A DNA stretch of 63,513 nt, the filler included, from a bacterium (lineage in GTDB: Bacteria > JBBIVP01): assembly GCA_037439705.1 (NCBI GenBank). It is 3 parts of 3 records of this genome, joined end to end, with 100 filler letters (N's around TTAATTAATTAA, not from the genome) between each part and the next. Parts side by side here need not be neighbours in the genome. Positions count along the whole stretch, not along the records: positions 46,697 to 63,513 come from JBBIVP010000023.1; 2 more parts are not named here. One strand, 5' to 3'. Below the pieces are notes generated by a model. The model searched no databases and was not told the origin of the DNA. It worked only from the letters and a program-made list of their open reading frames with translations. Positions 50,488 through 60,190 of the stretch are shown here, piece after piece. The position numbers and the translations under genes are program-made. Every line of letters begins with the position of its first letter. The stretch's first letter is position 1.

Positions 50488-50516
50488 AATATACACAATG
50501 CATTTTAAAAATTCAA
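50488..50516 (-). promoter_or_regulatory. Sigma70 promoter for argG-mreB, probably leaderless
   Basis: TTGAAT-17 nt-TATATT, ending 7 nt before ATG 50480. Confidence 0.6.
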
Positions 50517-50525
50517 GAACTTCTT

Positions 50526-51134
50526 TTAAATTTTTCGTCCGAGAACCTCTTTTATTTGTTCAACCGGAATCGCGCCCTCTCTTATCATAACCCCTTTATC
50601 AGGATCATAGACGGTGGACGGGAGATTATTAGATGAAAGCTCTCCGCCATCAACTACCATATCAACTCCATCCATTATTTCTTTTTCTATTTCTTGAACA
50701 CAGGAAACAGGAGAAGACCCGCTCGTGTTTGCACTTGTTGCAATGAGTGGAATTTTTAAAATTTTCAAAATAAGAAGAGAAATTTTATTGTTCGGAATCC
50801 TGACAGCGGATTTTCCATTTTGAGATAAAAGTGGATGGGAAAATTCTGAGCCAAGAAGAAGGGAAAGCGGACCCGGCCAGAAAACCTGTGCAAGAAAATA
50901 CGCTTGAGGAGATACCCTGAAATATTTTTCAACCACATTCATACTCCCAACAATAAGTGGAAATGGTTTTCTTACACTTTCATTTCTCGATTTTAATTTT
51001 TCAACCCTTGCAAGGGCATCTTCAACAAACGGAGAACAACATAGTCCATAAAGGGTATCAGTTGGAAGAATTACAATTCCTCCCTTTTCCAGTATTTCAA
51101 CTGCCCTTGTTATATCTTTTGCTGAAATTTTCAT
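50526..51134 (-). CDS. tsaC: Threonylcarbamoyl-AMP synthase (TsaC/Sua5)
   Basis: PTDTLYGL, FWPGPL, AVRIP, TSANTSG, PSTV, IREGAI. Confidence 0.93.
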   Translation of the reverse strand: MKISAKDITRAVEILEKGGIVILPTDTLYGLCCSPFVEDALARVEKLKSRNESVRKPFPLIVGSMNVVEKYFRVSPQAYFLAQVFWPGPLSLLLGSEFSHPLLSQNGKSAVRIPNNKISLLILKILKIPLIATSANTSGSSPVSCVQEIEKEIMDGVDMVVDGGELSSNNLPSTVYDPDKGVMIREGAIPVEQIKEVLGRKI

Positions 51135-51603
51135 TTTCTTTTTTCATCTCCTCTTCAAGTTTTTTTCTCCTTTCAATTAGAAGATTTTTTAACTTTTCGT
51201 CAGAAACCGCAAGGATGGAAACAGCAAAAAGTCCAGCATTATAAGCACCTGCCTTCCCTATTCCCATACATCCAACAGGTATGTGCTTCGGCATCTGAAC
51301 TATTGAAAGAAGTGCATCAAGACCGGTTAATTCCTCTGAATAGGCAGGAACGCCTATAACAGGGAGAAGAGTCTTTGAAGCAACAATTCCTGGAAGATGG
51401 GCTGCTTTTCCTGCAATTGCTATAAATACCTTTGTTCCATTTTTCTCCGCTTCCTTTATAATTTCTTCAAGATAAGCAGGGGAACGATGGGCTGAAGCAA
51501 GAAAAACGCTTCTGGTCACTCCAAACTCGTCAATTGCCTTTAAACATTCCTTGAGAAGTTCCTCATCGGATTGAGACCCAATTATTATTGTTATTTCGCT
51601 CAT
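51097..51603 (-). CDS. purE: N5-CAIR mutase PurE
   Basis: GSQSD, SAHRSP, AGKAAHLPG, DALLSIVQMP. Confidence 0.96.
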   Translation of the reverse strand: MSEITIIIGSQSDEELLKECLKAIDEFGVTRSVFLASAHRSPAYLEEIIKEAEKNGTKVFIAIAGKAAHLPGIVASKTLLPVIGVPAYSEELTGLDALLSIVQMPKHIPVGCMGIGKAGAYNAGLFAVSILAVSDEKLKNLLIERRKKLEEEMKKENENFSKRYNKGS

Positions 51604-51944
51604 TCAAAACCCCCTTCAATGTATTCAATTACTCTCAATTCTTCAAGGTTTACCCATATAAAATCAAACCTCATTTGCAGTTCTATTGCCCATTTATTTC
51701 TGGATACAAAGTCAAGGGCAGTAGTTTTTATTTTATTAATTTTACTTCTGTTAATTTTTAAAGGACCACTGAAAGGAGAAGTTTCGGATTTTACTTCAAC
51801 AAAACACAATTCACCCGAAGGAGCTCTTGTGATGATATCCAATTCTCCATATTTCGTTGAGTAATTCCTTTCAATTATTTTGTGCCCCCTTCTTTTTAGG
51901 AACTCCACAGCAACATCTTCACCTTTATTCTTTCCTTTCTTCAT
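51600..51944 (-). CDS. yraN: YraN family putative endonuclease
   Basis: GEDVA, ERNY, GELDII, FVEVK, RFD. Confidence 0.9.
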   Translation of the reverse strand: MKKGKNKGEDVAVEFLKRRGHKIIERNYSTKYGELDIITRAPSGELCFVEVKSETSPFSGPLKINRSKINKIKTTALDFVSRNKWAIELQMRFDFIWVNLEELRVIEYIEGGFE

Positions 51945-52531
51945 TTGAGAAGTTTGAATCCTATTCTGTGATAAGGGCTCGGACCTTTCAGAGAAATTAT
52001 CTCCCGATGCTCCTTTGTAGGATATCCCTTATGTTTTGAAAAGAGATAACCCGGACAGAGCCTGTCAAGTTTTTCCATGTATCTGTCCCTCTCCACCTTT
52101 GCAATTATGGAGGCAGAAGCAATGCTCATGCTTTTTCTATCCCCTTTTATAATGGATTTTTCGCATATTTCTGTTCCAAGTTTTATGTTTCCATCAATTA
52201 TGAGTGCATCGGGTTCAACTGGAAGAGCAAGAATTGCTCTTTTCATGGCAAGTTTCGTGGCTCCAAGAATGTTAAAATTTTTTATTTCCTCCTCCGTCGC
52301 TATTCCAACAGCCCAGTGACAATTTTTTTTAATGATTTCAAACAACCTGTTCCTTTCCTCTGGTCTCAACCTTTTACAATCGTCAATGCCCTTACACCTG
52401 ATTGGTTCCTCAAATATAACAGCGGAAGCAAATACAGGTCCTGCAATGGGTCCCCTTCCTGCTTCATCAACACCTGCAACATACCTGAATCCTTTCTTCC
52501 ACAGACTTCTTTCAATTCTCCAGTCAGGCAT
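51941..52531 (-). CDS. rnhB: Ribonuclease HII
   Basis: GVDEAGRGPIAGPV, KGD, ASIIAKVERD, KHKGYPT. Confidence 0.97.
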   Translation of the reverse strand: MPDWRIERSLWKKGFRYVAGVDEAGRGPIAGPVFASAVIFEEPIRCKGIDDCKRLRPEERNRLFEIIKKNCHWAVGIATEEEIKNFNILGATKLAMKRAILALPVEPDALIIDGNIKLGTEICEKSIIKGDRKSMSIASASIIAKVERDRYMEKLDRLCPGYLFSKHKGYPTKEHREIISLKGPSPYHRIGFKLLK

Positions 52532-54420
52532 TATATCCTCAATACATTATCTGCAAACCTTTCAATCTCTTTAACCCTTGAAAAAATTAAACCCTGTCCA
52601 GTTCTTCCCGCAATTTCCTTCACTTTTGAATAAAATTTTTCCCTCTTTGAATCATCCATTGTGATAAAGACATCATCAAAAATAAACGGGATATTTCTCA
52701 CACCCGACTGATAATCAATGAAAGAAAGAAGAAGGGAGAGAAATGCCATATCAATAACAGAGCTGGAAAGAAAATCAAAAGAAAAAAAATCTCCTTCCGG
52801 ATTTCTCATCCCTAATTTATCGTCCTCAAATGCTACAGTCTCAAATTTTCCTCCTGAAACCTCTTTAAGGATTGGAACAAGGTGGTCCAATAAAGAGGAA
52901 ATGGAATTTTCTTTGTCCTGTCCCATAACCCTTGAAAGCTCATCTAAAAAATCAATCAAATCAGCACTTTTCAACGGTTCAAACGAAGGAAGAGTTGTTT
53001 CTTCTCTTCTCTCCCCTTCCATCTCCAGGGATTCCTGAAGTGTTCTGAGCTCTTCTTCAATTTCATGTTTTGAAGCGGAAGAAGTGCCAAGGCTCTGCAG
53101 TTCCTTTTTCAGTGCCTCAATCTCTCCTGACAGCCTTGCTTCTTCCGAATTTAACTCCTCGTCGCTCATATCAGAAATCTCCTTCTCAAGTTCTGCCTTT
53201 GCTTCTTCCAGCTCCCTTTTCGTTTCATTAAAGGAATAAACCTTCTGTGGAAGGTCATCGGGACTCATTAGCCCAATCTCTTTTGTAATTATTTCAATTT
53301 TTTTAAGCTCCAATTCCACCTGGTTTTCCTGTTTTTTAAGCCTTAATTCCTTTTCCTTTAGAGTTTTCAAAAGTTCCTCTCTTTTTGCCTTTTTGCTTAA
53401 TTCATTAAATAATCCCCAGAAAACTGTACCGATAGAACCTATGATAATGGGAAGAAATAAAAACCGAAGCGGTAGGGAAAGGCTTTCAAGATTTATCAAA
53501 GAAAGAATCGGGGTTCGGATGAGAAAGAGAAGAAGTGAAACTCCGAACACAATGCTTCCAACCTTTACAAAGGAATTCTTAAAAATTCCATCGCCACCAA
53601 GCTTCTCTATCTCTTCCTTTAAAGGCTCTATCTCATGAAAAAATGCTGCTCTTATTTTCTCCTTCTCCTTCAACAATTTTTTGTAATTGGCAAGTTTTCC
53701 TTCAACATCATGAGAAAGTTCCTCAAGCGGAGCATTTTCTTTAACCACCTGAGTAAGAAGTTCAATCCTATCTCTCAAATTGCTCCTTTTCTCTTTTCTT
53801 TCCTTTATCTTAAAAATTTTTCTTTCCAGATCGCTCAAAAGTTCTTCCTTTTCTTCAATTTTTTTGACCCTTTCCAGCTCCTCCGATAGCTGTTTTATTC
53901 TATTTTGAACCTCTTCTTTCGCAGTTCCTTCTTTTTTCTCCTTCCTCTTTGAAATTTCTTCTTTTACAAGAGAAATTTTTTTAGCCTCGGAAAAAGACGG
54001 AAGGTCTGTGTGGGTGGCAGAGAACAATCTTCTGTATATGTGAAATGGAAAAAGGTGGAAGGTATCTTCAAGAAGGGAAGAAAGGGAAAAAGGGTCTCTT
54101 GAAACCTCCTTGAAGGTTTTTGTCTGAGGCTCATATTTAAAAAGAACAAATCCACCTGTTGACAGGTCTCTTATAACCCTATAAATGAAGTTATCATTTC
54201 TAAAAGTAACAGAAACCCTTGGAGGTTCACCACCAGAAATCCTTATTTTCTCGTGAAGGTCCTTCCATCCCTCGGAAAAAAGGGAAGCGAAAATGCAATT
54301 GAAAATTGTGGTTTTGCCTGATGAATTTTCACCAATAACTGCATTTAACCCATTCTTTAACTGTAACCTTATGGAATTAAAAGGTAAAACCCCCTTTATT
54401 CCAATCTCGATTATCTTCAC
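52531..54420 (-). CDS. SMC/Rad50/YhaN-like ATPase with central transmembrane hairpin
   Basis: Walker A GENSSGKT, long coiled coils, two hydrophobic helices mid-protein, signature-like LSSS, Walker B/D-loop [13 protein letters not shown]. Confidence 0.78.
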   Translation of the reverse strand: MKIIEIGIKGVLPFNSIRLQLKNGLNAVIGENSSGKTTIFNCIFASLFSEGWKDLHEKIRISGGEPPRVSVTFRNDNFIYRVIRDLSTGGFVLFKYEPQTKTFKEVSRDPFSLSSLLEDTFHLFPFHIYRRLFSATHTDLPSFSEAKKISLVKEEISKRKEKKEGTAKEEVQNRIKQLSEELERVKKIEEKEELLSDLERKIFKIKERKEKRSNLRDRIELLTQVVKENAPLEELSHDVEGKLANYKKLLKEKEKIRAAFFHEIEPLKEEIEKLGGDGIFKNSFVKVGSIVFGVSLLLFLIRTPILSLINLESLSLPLRFLFLPIIIGSIGTVFWGLFNELSKKAKREELLKTLKEKELRLKKQENQVELELKKIEIITKEIGLMSPDDLPQKVYSFNETKRELEEAKAELEKEISDMSDEELNSEEARLSGEIEALKKELQSLGTSSASKHEIEEELRTLQESLEMEGERREETTLPSFEPLKSADLIDFLDELSRVMGQDKENSISSLLDHLVPILKEVSGGKFETVAFEDDKLGMRNPEGDFFSFDFLSSSVIDMAFLSLLLSFIDYQSGVRNIPFIFDDVFITMDDSKREKFYSKVKEIAGRTGQGLIFSRVKEIERFADNVLRI

Positions 54421-54812
54421 TCTTTTTCTTCTGGGGGACTCTCTTCCTTTTTCTCTTCTTTTGCTGACTCAGTAAGTAACTCCTTCACCTTTGCCTTTTT
54501 CCCTACCTTTTCTCTCAGGTAATAAAGCCTTGCTCTTCTAACCTTTCCTCTTCTCAGAACCTCTATTTTCTCAATGAACGGTGAATGAAGCGGAAATGTT
54601 CTCTCCACACCAACACCGTAAGAAATTTTTCTTACCGTAAAAGTAGCACCTGTTCCGCTTCCTCTCTTTCTTATCACCACACCATCAAAAGGTTGAATCC
54701 TTTCTTTATCTCCTTCCTTGATCCTGAAATAAACCCGGATGGTATCACCCTGTCTGAATTCAGGAAGGTCTGGTCTTAAAAATGGCCTCTCAACCTCAAT
54801 AAGTTTATTCAT
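54417..54812 (-). CDS. rplS: 50S ribosomal protein L19
   Basis: [40 protein letters not shown] 54812 follows AGGAGGT. Confidence 0.98.
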   Translation of the reverse strand: MNKLIEVERPFLRPDLPEFRQGDTIRVYFRIKEGDKERIQPFDGVVIRKRGSGTGATFTVRKISYGVGVERTFPLHSPFIEKIEVLRRGKVRRARLYYLREKVGKKAKVKELLTESAKEEKKEESPPEEKE

Positions 54813-54837
54813 TTTTTTACCTCCTTTTGGTTTTAAG

Positions 54838-54866
54838 AGTTTATTATTATATCCTCTACTTGTCAA
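54838..54866 (-). promoter_or_regulatory. Internal sigma70 promoter for rplS
   Basis: TTGACA-17 nt-TAAACT upstream of the rplS SD. Confidence 0.6.
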
Positions 54867-54977
54867 GGAGATGGGACTCTTCCAGGTTAAAACATGGAAA
54901 AGGGGGTAAAAGAAAAAACCTTAACCACTCAGACCTCGCCCCCCATCAACTTCAAATCAACTTTTAAAAAGTGAATA

Positions 54978-55721
54978 CTATTTTTTAACCGATGAGTTTT
55001 CTTTAAGTTTTTTCAGGCTCTCGAGTTCTTCTTGTGTAAGTAATTCCTCTCTTATAATTTCGGGTCGCCTTTTTAGGGTTCTTTCAATGGTTTTCATCAT
55101 TCTCCATTTTCTTATTTCCTTGTGATTTCCGGAAAGTAAAACCTCAGGGACGGATATACCTCTGAAAACAGCGGGTCTTGTCCACTGAGGATAATCAAGA
55201 AGTCCCCTTGAAAAACTATCCTCCTCAACGCACTTCCTGTTACCGACAACTCCTGGCACATACCTTGAAACCGCATCAATCAGAACTGCTGCTGCGGGTT
55301 CTCCTCCCGTAAGTATATAATCGCCAATGGAAATCAAATCCTCGCAGAAATGCTCAAGAATCCTCTCATCTATTCCTTCATACCTTCCACAGAGAATTAT
55401 TATTTCTTCATATTCGGAAAGTTCTTTCACAATCTTCTGATTCAGTAATCTTCCAGCAGGAGTCATAGCGATAACCCTCTGTTTTCTCTCAGGATTTATA
55501 ATGCTTTCAATGGCTTTTACAATGGGCTCCGGCTTCAACACCATTCCTCCTCCACCTCCGTAAGGAAGGTCATCAACGGTTTTATGAAGGTCTTCTGCAA
55601 AATCTCTGATATTTATGATTTCTATTTTTACATCTCCTCTTTCAACAGCCTTTCCAAGGATGCCTACACTCAAAGGTCCATCAAAGTATTTCGGAAGGAT
55701 AGTTAAGATGTAAAACTTCAT
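54978..55721 (-). CDS. trmD: tRNA (guanine37-N1)-methyltransferase
   Basis: DDLPYGGGGGM, CGRYEGIDER, SIGDYILTGGE, LLSGNH. Confidence 0.98.
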   Translation of the reverse strand: MKFYILTILPKYFDGPLSVGILGKAVERGDVKIEIINIRDFAEDLHKTVDDLPYGGGGGMVLKPEPIVKAIESIINPERKQRVIAMTPAGRLLNQKIVKELSEYEEIIILCGRYEGIDERILEHFCEDLISIGDYILTGGEPAAAVLIDAVSRYVPGVVGNRKCVEEDSFSRGLLDYPQWTRPAVFRGISVPEVLLSGNHKEIRKWRMMKTIERTLKRRPEIIREELLTQEELESLKKLKENSSVKK

Positions 55722-55729
55722 ATTAAAAC

Positions 55730-56494
55730 TTACTTCTTTTCTCCTCTAAGGGAATTTATTGAATGAACTGCCCTCTGGTAAACTGTGATTGTGGCCACAA
55801 TGCATAAAAAAAGAAGGATAATTTTGAAGAAAAAATAATTTCCAAGTCCCAATGGTTTGTTTATTATGTGATACAAAATGGGCTCAAGCGTTGAAACTCC
55901 TCCAAGATATATGATTCTTTCCGGTCTCTGCATCCATCCAACTGAACAATTAATACCAAGTGCCTCTGCCCTTGCCTTTGCATAACTTATGAGTTGAGAG
56001 GAAAGGAGTGTGAGAACCGCAACAACAAGCCAGAACGGCGATTTTCTAAAATAGTAGATTATTCCCGTATAAACCAGCCCTTCCGCAATCCTGTCCGAGA
56101 AGGAATCAAAGAAAGCCCCATCCCTGGTAACCATATTTTTCTTCCTCGCAATTCTTCCGTCAAGCAGGTCAAAAAAACCTGAAAGAAAAAGAAGCCACCC
56201 TCCAAGTGGAAAATGACCCACTGCATATGATAGACCCGAAAAAAAACTTATTATTACAGAAAAACCTGTAACCTGATTGGGGGTTATCTTCAAACCGAGA
56301 ATTGCCCTTTCCACAGGATAAGTAAGCCACATCCACCACTGCCTCAAAAACTGCCCGAGAAAGACAGAGGCTCCTCTTGACCATACTTCCTTATCAAAAA
56401 TTTTATCCTTTCTCCACTGAAAAAAATAAAAGAGGGCCATTGAAAAAAGGAAGAAAGAGGGAATTATTATAAAAGCAAGCTCACTGGGCTTCAC
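55730..56494 (-). CDS. CDP-alcohol phosphatidyltransferase
   Basis: TPNQVT, DLLDGRIAR...GAFFDSFSDR, SYAKARAE. Confidence 0.92.
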   Translation of the reverse strand: MKPSELAFIIIPSFFLFSMALFYFFQWRKDKIFDKEVWSRGASVFLGQFLRQWWMWLTYPVERAILGLKITPNQVTGFSVIISFFSGLSYAVGHFPLGGWLLFLSGFFDLLDGRIARKKNMVTRDGAFFDSFSDRIAEGLVYTGIIYYFRKSPFWLVVAVLTLLSSQLISYAKARAEALGINCSVGWMQRPERIIYLGGVSTLEPILYHIINKPLGLGNYFFFKIILLFLCIVATITVYQRAVHSINSLRGEKK

Positions 56495-57854
56495 CTTTTT
56501 TCTCTTCTTCCTTATATTTCTCCTTATCTACCTCAAGTTTTCCTGTTATATCCGGTTTTGTAAGATAAACATAGGGTTCAGTTGAAAGTTTAAAATAAAC
56601 CCCTTCCTTTGAGGGAGAGAAAAGGACTTCAAGGGGACTTTCTCCTTCTGCAGTAATTTTTACTATGTACTGGGGATTATCAAGTCCATATTTTTTCAAG
56701 TCCTTTGGAGTATCATCTACAAATTTTTCTACTTAAACATTTCTTATATCCCTCAAAAGGTCTTCCACAACCCATCCTTTCGCCTTAATTTTTTCTGCAC
56801 CTGCGGTCAAAAACCAGTTTTCCTCTCCTTCCTTTTCAAACATGAAATTCCCTTTTGGCGTTGATATTGTAAAATTCTTTGTTTTCCATGTATAAAATGA
56901 AATGGGTTTCTTCTCCCTGAAATCATCGAGTTTTTTCATGCATTCATCATAGAGCGCAGAGCCTATTGAATAAACGGTTTTCTTCCCCTCCTTCATCGCA
57001 TATACGAGTTCCTCTTTATTCTTTTTGAACCTCTTCCCCAGTTTCAAAACCAATGGTTCCTTTTCCTTCCTTTGAACCTCAATAATCACATCCGGTGAGG
57101 AAAGCCCATAGATTTGAAGGTCTGAAGGTGAATCGTCAACAAAATCAACCGCTTTTAAATCCCTTATACTTGATACAAGCTTTGAAATCTGGTCGTTTGA
57201 ACCCCTTACATTTTTTGGGAGGATTTTCCACTTCTCTTCTGTTTCTTTTTCAAAAATTATCTCCTCTTTACCCCTTTTTATTCTCATCTGAGAAAGCTCA
57301 GCAACAGAAAACTCCATGATTTTTTTATTCCTGTAATCCTTGATTTCTTTATTGAGGTCATTCAGTATGGAAGCACTGACAAGGTAGAGCTCTTCGTCTC
57401 CCTCTTTTGTGGCATAAGCAGAATATCCAATCGGAGCCTTCTTTCCGAGAAGGAGTTTATATTCTTTTCCATCTTTGTCCTTCAGGGTAATCATAAATTC
57501 AGGAGGTTCAAGACCAAATTCTGATATGTTTTCCACCTCACTCTTTTTGAATCTCCGGGTGGGCTTTTCATCCTCAAGTTTCCTTGCTATTCCGTTGGGA
57601 ATGTAAGGATCTGCTTCCGCCGATATAGGAGATGTAATTTCCCAGAAATCCTCACCCGCTTTTTTAAAATGGACCTCATCATTTCTTGACTGCCGTTTTA
57701 TAGAAACCTCAAGGATATTGAGGCTGTTAAAATTAAACAATTTTTCTTCGGCTGTTTTTTTCTTTTTCTCAATGGTTTTAGATATATAAAGTCCTATCCC
57801 TACAACAATTGCAATACCAAGTAATATGAGTGGAAGTCTGAAAATTTTAAGCAT
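56481..57854 (-). pseudogene. DUF4340 domain protein with one internal in-frame stop
   Basis: Reads ...DIRNV*VEKFVDDTPKDLKKYGLDNP through TAA 56733-56735; parallels the earlier repeat IRDLKAVDFVDDSPSDLQIYGL. Confidence 0.75.
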
Positions 57855-57857
57855 TTT

Positions 57858-59417
57858 TTAAAGGTTCTTTCTTGAAATCCACACGGAAATTCCAGCAATG
57901 AAGATAAGAACGGGAACGAAGATAGAAGTTATGTAAAATAATATCTTCCCGGCATTAGCACTCATGTTGAGTTCTCTTGCTTCCCTTTTCTTTGGTCCTA
58001 TCGCCACAATATCTTCCTCCTGAGAAAGCCAGTTTAAAGAGTTCAAAAAAAGGTCACCGTTTCCTGAAAACTCAAAGAATGAATTTGAAGGAAAGTCTGA
58101 ATCTCCAACCACAACTAACCTCATCCTCTTTTCCGGCTTTTTCTCTTCCTCGGATGGCACATTTTCTTCTTCTTTCTTCTTTTTTTCTGCAACCATCATT
58201 AATGTAATTGGACCCCCTATCTCCTTTACATCATCAAATTTCAGTTCCTGTTTATCAATAACTTTTTCAAACAAGCTGTTCGGAATTGAACTTGCTATGG
58301 CTGAAACTTCAATTCCTTCAGGAAGCTTAACTTTTGAAAGGGCTGAAGCAATTGGAAGGATTGAAGCGTAATTGAAATCTTTTGTTATTTCATGGGATTC
58401 GTATTTTGTGATTACAGGCATTGTGAAGTGACCCCCGAAAAGCCTGGAAAGAGGGTCAATCACAAGTCCATTTGTATCAACCTTTATTCCGAACTCCTCA
58501 GCAAGCACCTCAAGTCCTGATTCTGTCAATGGGTCTAACATAAGCATAAGGGAACCATTTTTCTCAGCGAGATATTTACGGAGTGCTGAAATTTCTTCCG
58601 GAAGAAGCTTTTTCTTTGGACCCGCCACAATAAGTGTGGAACATTCGTTTTCCAGTTCCTCTCCCTTTTCAAAAAGGGTTATTTCCTTGACCTCCATCCC
58701 CTGAGACTCAATTGCGGTCTTTGCTCTGGAATAACCATTTTCTCCAAAGTCTGATATTGATTTCTCGCCATGACCCGTGACGAAACATACGGTCTTTTTT
58801 GAGCCCCTTGTTATCTTCACAATAGCATTTGTAATCCCCTCTTCGGTTGCTTCTGTTGTTTTATTTTTTCTGTATATAGCCACAATTGTCCCGAAAGAAC
58901 GGACATCGTGCTGTTGAGCAAGTCCTGGCGATTTCTCGGGGTCAATTAGTCTGTATTCAAAGTTCTTCGTCTCATAACTGTACTTCTCCAGAAGTTCCTT
59001 CGCATTCACCCAGTCAGGACTTCCTTCTTTAAAGAACCCGTAAATTGTAACTTTATCCTTTCCATTTCCTATTTCCTTAAGAACTTTCCTGGTCTTCGGG
59101 GAAAGACTGAAAATTTTTTCCTCTGTAAGGTCAACCCAGGTGTATCTTGAATTTAGAAGGATGTTGAGAAACACAAGGATTAAAAGGGAAAAAATAATCG
59201 TGAAAAAGGCACTGCTACCATAAAGAAATGCCCTTCTTCTGACACTTGAACTCAATTCCTCCCTGTTAAAATAGAGGTAAAGGAGAAGGAAAAGACAACC
59301 TATTGCAATAAGGGGTATCCAGGCATAAGGATAGTCTTTCAACATAAGAAGTGCTAAAAATCCTATAAATATAATGAAAATTCCTATTGTTCCTGCCCAC
59401 TTCTTCAGAAATCCCAT
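57858..59417 (-). CDS. GldG-like ABC transporter auxiliary component
   Basis: DLTEEKIFSLS, FVTGHGE, LVVVGDSDF, NGDLFLNSLNWL, C-terminal TM. Confidence 0.88.
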   Translation of the reverse strand: MGFLKKWAGTIGIFIIFIGFLALLMLKDYPYAWIPLIAIGCLFLLLYLYFNREELSSSVRRRAFLYGSSAFFTIIFSLLILVFLNILLNSRYTWVDLTEEKIFSLSPKTRKVLKEIGNGKDKVTIYGFFKEGSPDWVNAKELLEKYSYETKNFEYRLIDPEKSPGLAQQHDVRSFGTIVAIYRKNKTTEATEEGITNAIVKITRGSKKTVCFVTGHGEKSISDFGENGYSRAKTAIESQGMEVKEITLFEKGEELENECSTLIVAGPKKKLLPEEISALRKYLAEKNGSLMLMLDPLTESGLEVLAEEFGIKVDTNGLVIDPLSRLFGGHFTMPVITKYESHEITKDFNYASILPIASALSKVKLPEGIEVSAIASSIPNSLFEKVIDKQELKFDDVKEIGGPITLMMVAEKKKKEEENVPSEEEKKPEKRMRLVVVGDSDFPSNSFFEFSGNGDLFLNSLNWLSQEEDIVAIGPKKREARELNMSANAGKILFYITSIFVPVLIFIAGISVWISRKNL

Positions 59418-59421
59418 CTTA

Positions 59422-60189
59422 TCACCTCCATCTGTTCGACTCTATCGTTATATATGTTAAAAAAATGCCAAAGATTGTAAAACTCAAATAATAAACGATG
59501 TCCCTTGTATCAATGAGACCCTTTGTGAAGTTGTTGAAGTGTTCAAAAAAGGAAAGATACGAAAATACCTTCTCGCCTATTTCTCCTGCTGCCTGAGAAG
59601 CCCACCCAATTAGCCAGAAGATCAAAAGCATGCTGAAACTGACAACCGCAGCAATCGCCTGATTTTCGGTTATTGCTGAAGCGAAAGTTCCAAGGGAGAT
59701 AAAACTCGCTCCCATGAATATCAATCCAAGATAGGTGCTTAAAATAACTCCTTTTTCAGGATTTCCATATTTGAGGAGAATTACTGGAAACGGAATGGTG
59801 AATGCTATCATCAAAAGGAAGAGAAGGAATGCGGAAAAGAATTTTCCAACAGTTATTTCAATTGAATTTATTGGAGAGGTATAAAGAAGTTCAGTTGTTC
59901 CCTGCCTCTTTTCCTCAGCAAAAAGCCTCATCGTCATTATCGGTACCAGAAGCATGAGGATTACGGATAAATTTCCATAAAGCGGTCTTATCACAAAATC
60001 CGTAAGATTGAGCCTTTCTGCAAACCACGGATACCTTGATGACATAAGCATCTGAATCATATAAGCCTTACAAATATTGAAAAACATATATCCGGCAAGG
60101 AATGTAAAAAAAGCGATCAGCACATAAGCAGTGGGGGAGTAAAAATAGGATTTAAATTCCTTTGCTGTCAAATAGAGAATTCGTTTCAT
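59422..60189 (-). CDS. GldF-like ABC-2 permease
   Basis: KEFKSYFYSP, TMRLFAEEKRQGT, GLIDTRDIVYY. Confidence 0.9.
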   Translation of the reverse strand: MKRILYLTAKEFKSYFYSPTAYVLIAFFTFLAGYMFFNICKAYMIQMLMSSRYPWFAERLNLTDFVIRPLYGNLSVILMLLVPIMTMRLFAEEKRQGTTELLYTSPINSIEITVGKFFSAFLLFLLMIAFTIPFPVILLKYGNPEKGVILSTYLGLIFMGASFISLGTFASAITENQAIAAVVSFSMLLIFWLIGWASQAAGEIGEKVFSYLSFFEHFNNFTKGLIDTRDIVYYLSFTIFGIFLTYITIESNRWR

Positions 60190-60190
60190 T

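Noticed and set aside
54915..54960. tRNA-like strings (GTCTGAGTGGTTAAGG on minus; ACTTCAAATC on plus)
   Set aside because: No T-arm GTTCRA, no acceptor stem and no cloverleaf could be built.
22699..56735. Stop-codon reassignment suggested by several in-frame stops
   Set aside because: The interruptions use TAA, TAG and TGA alike, all three terminate core genes normally, and no essential gene is interrupted.
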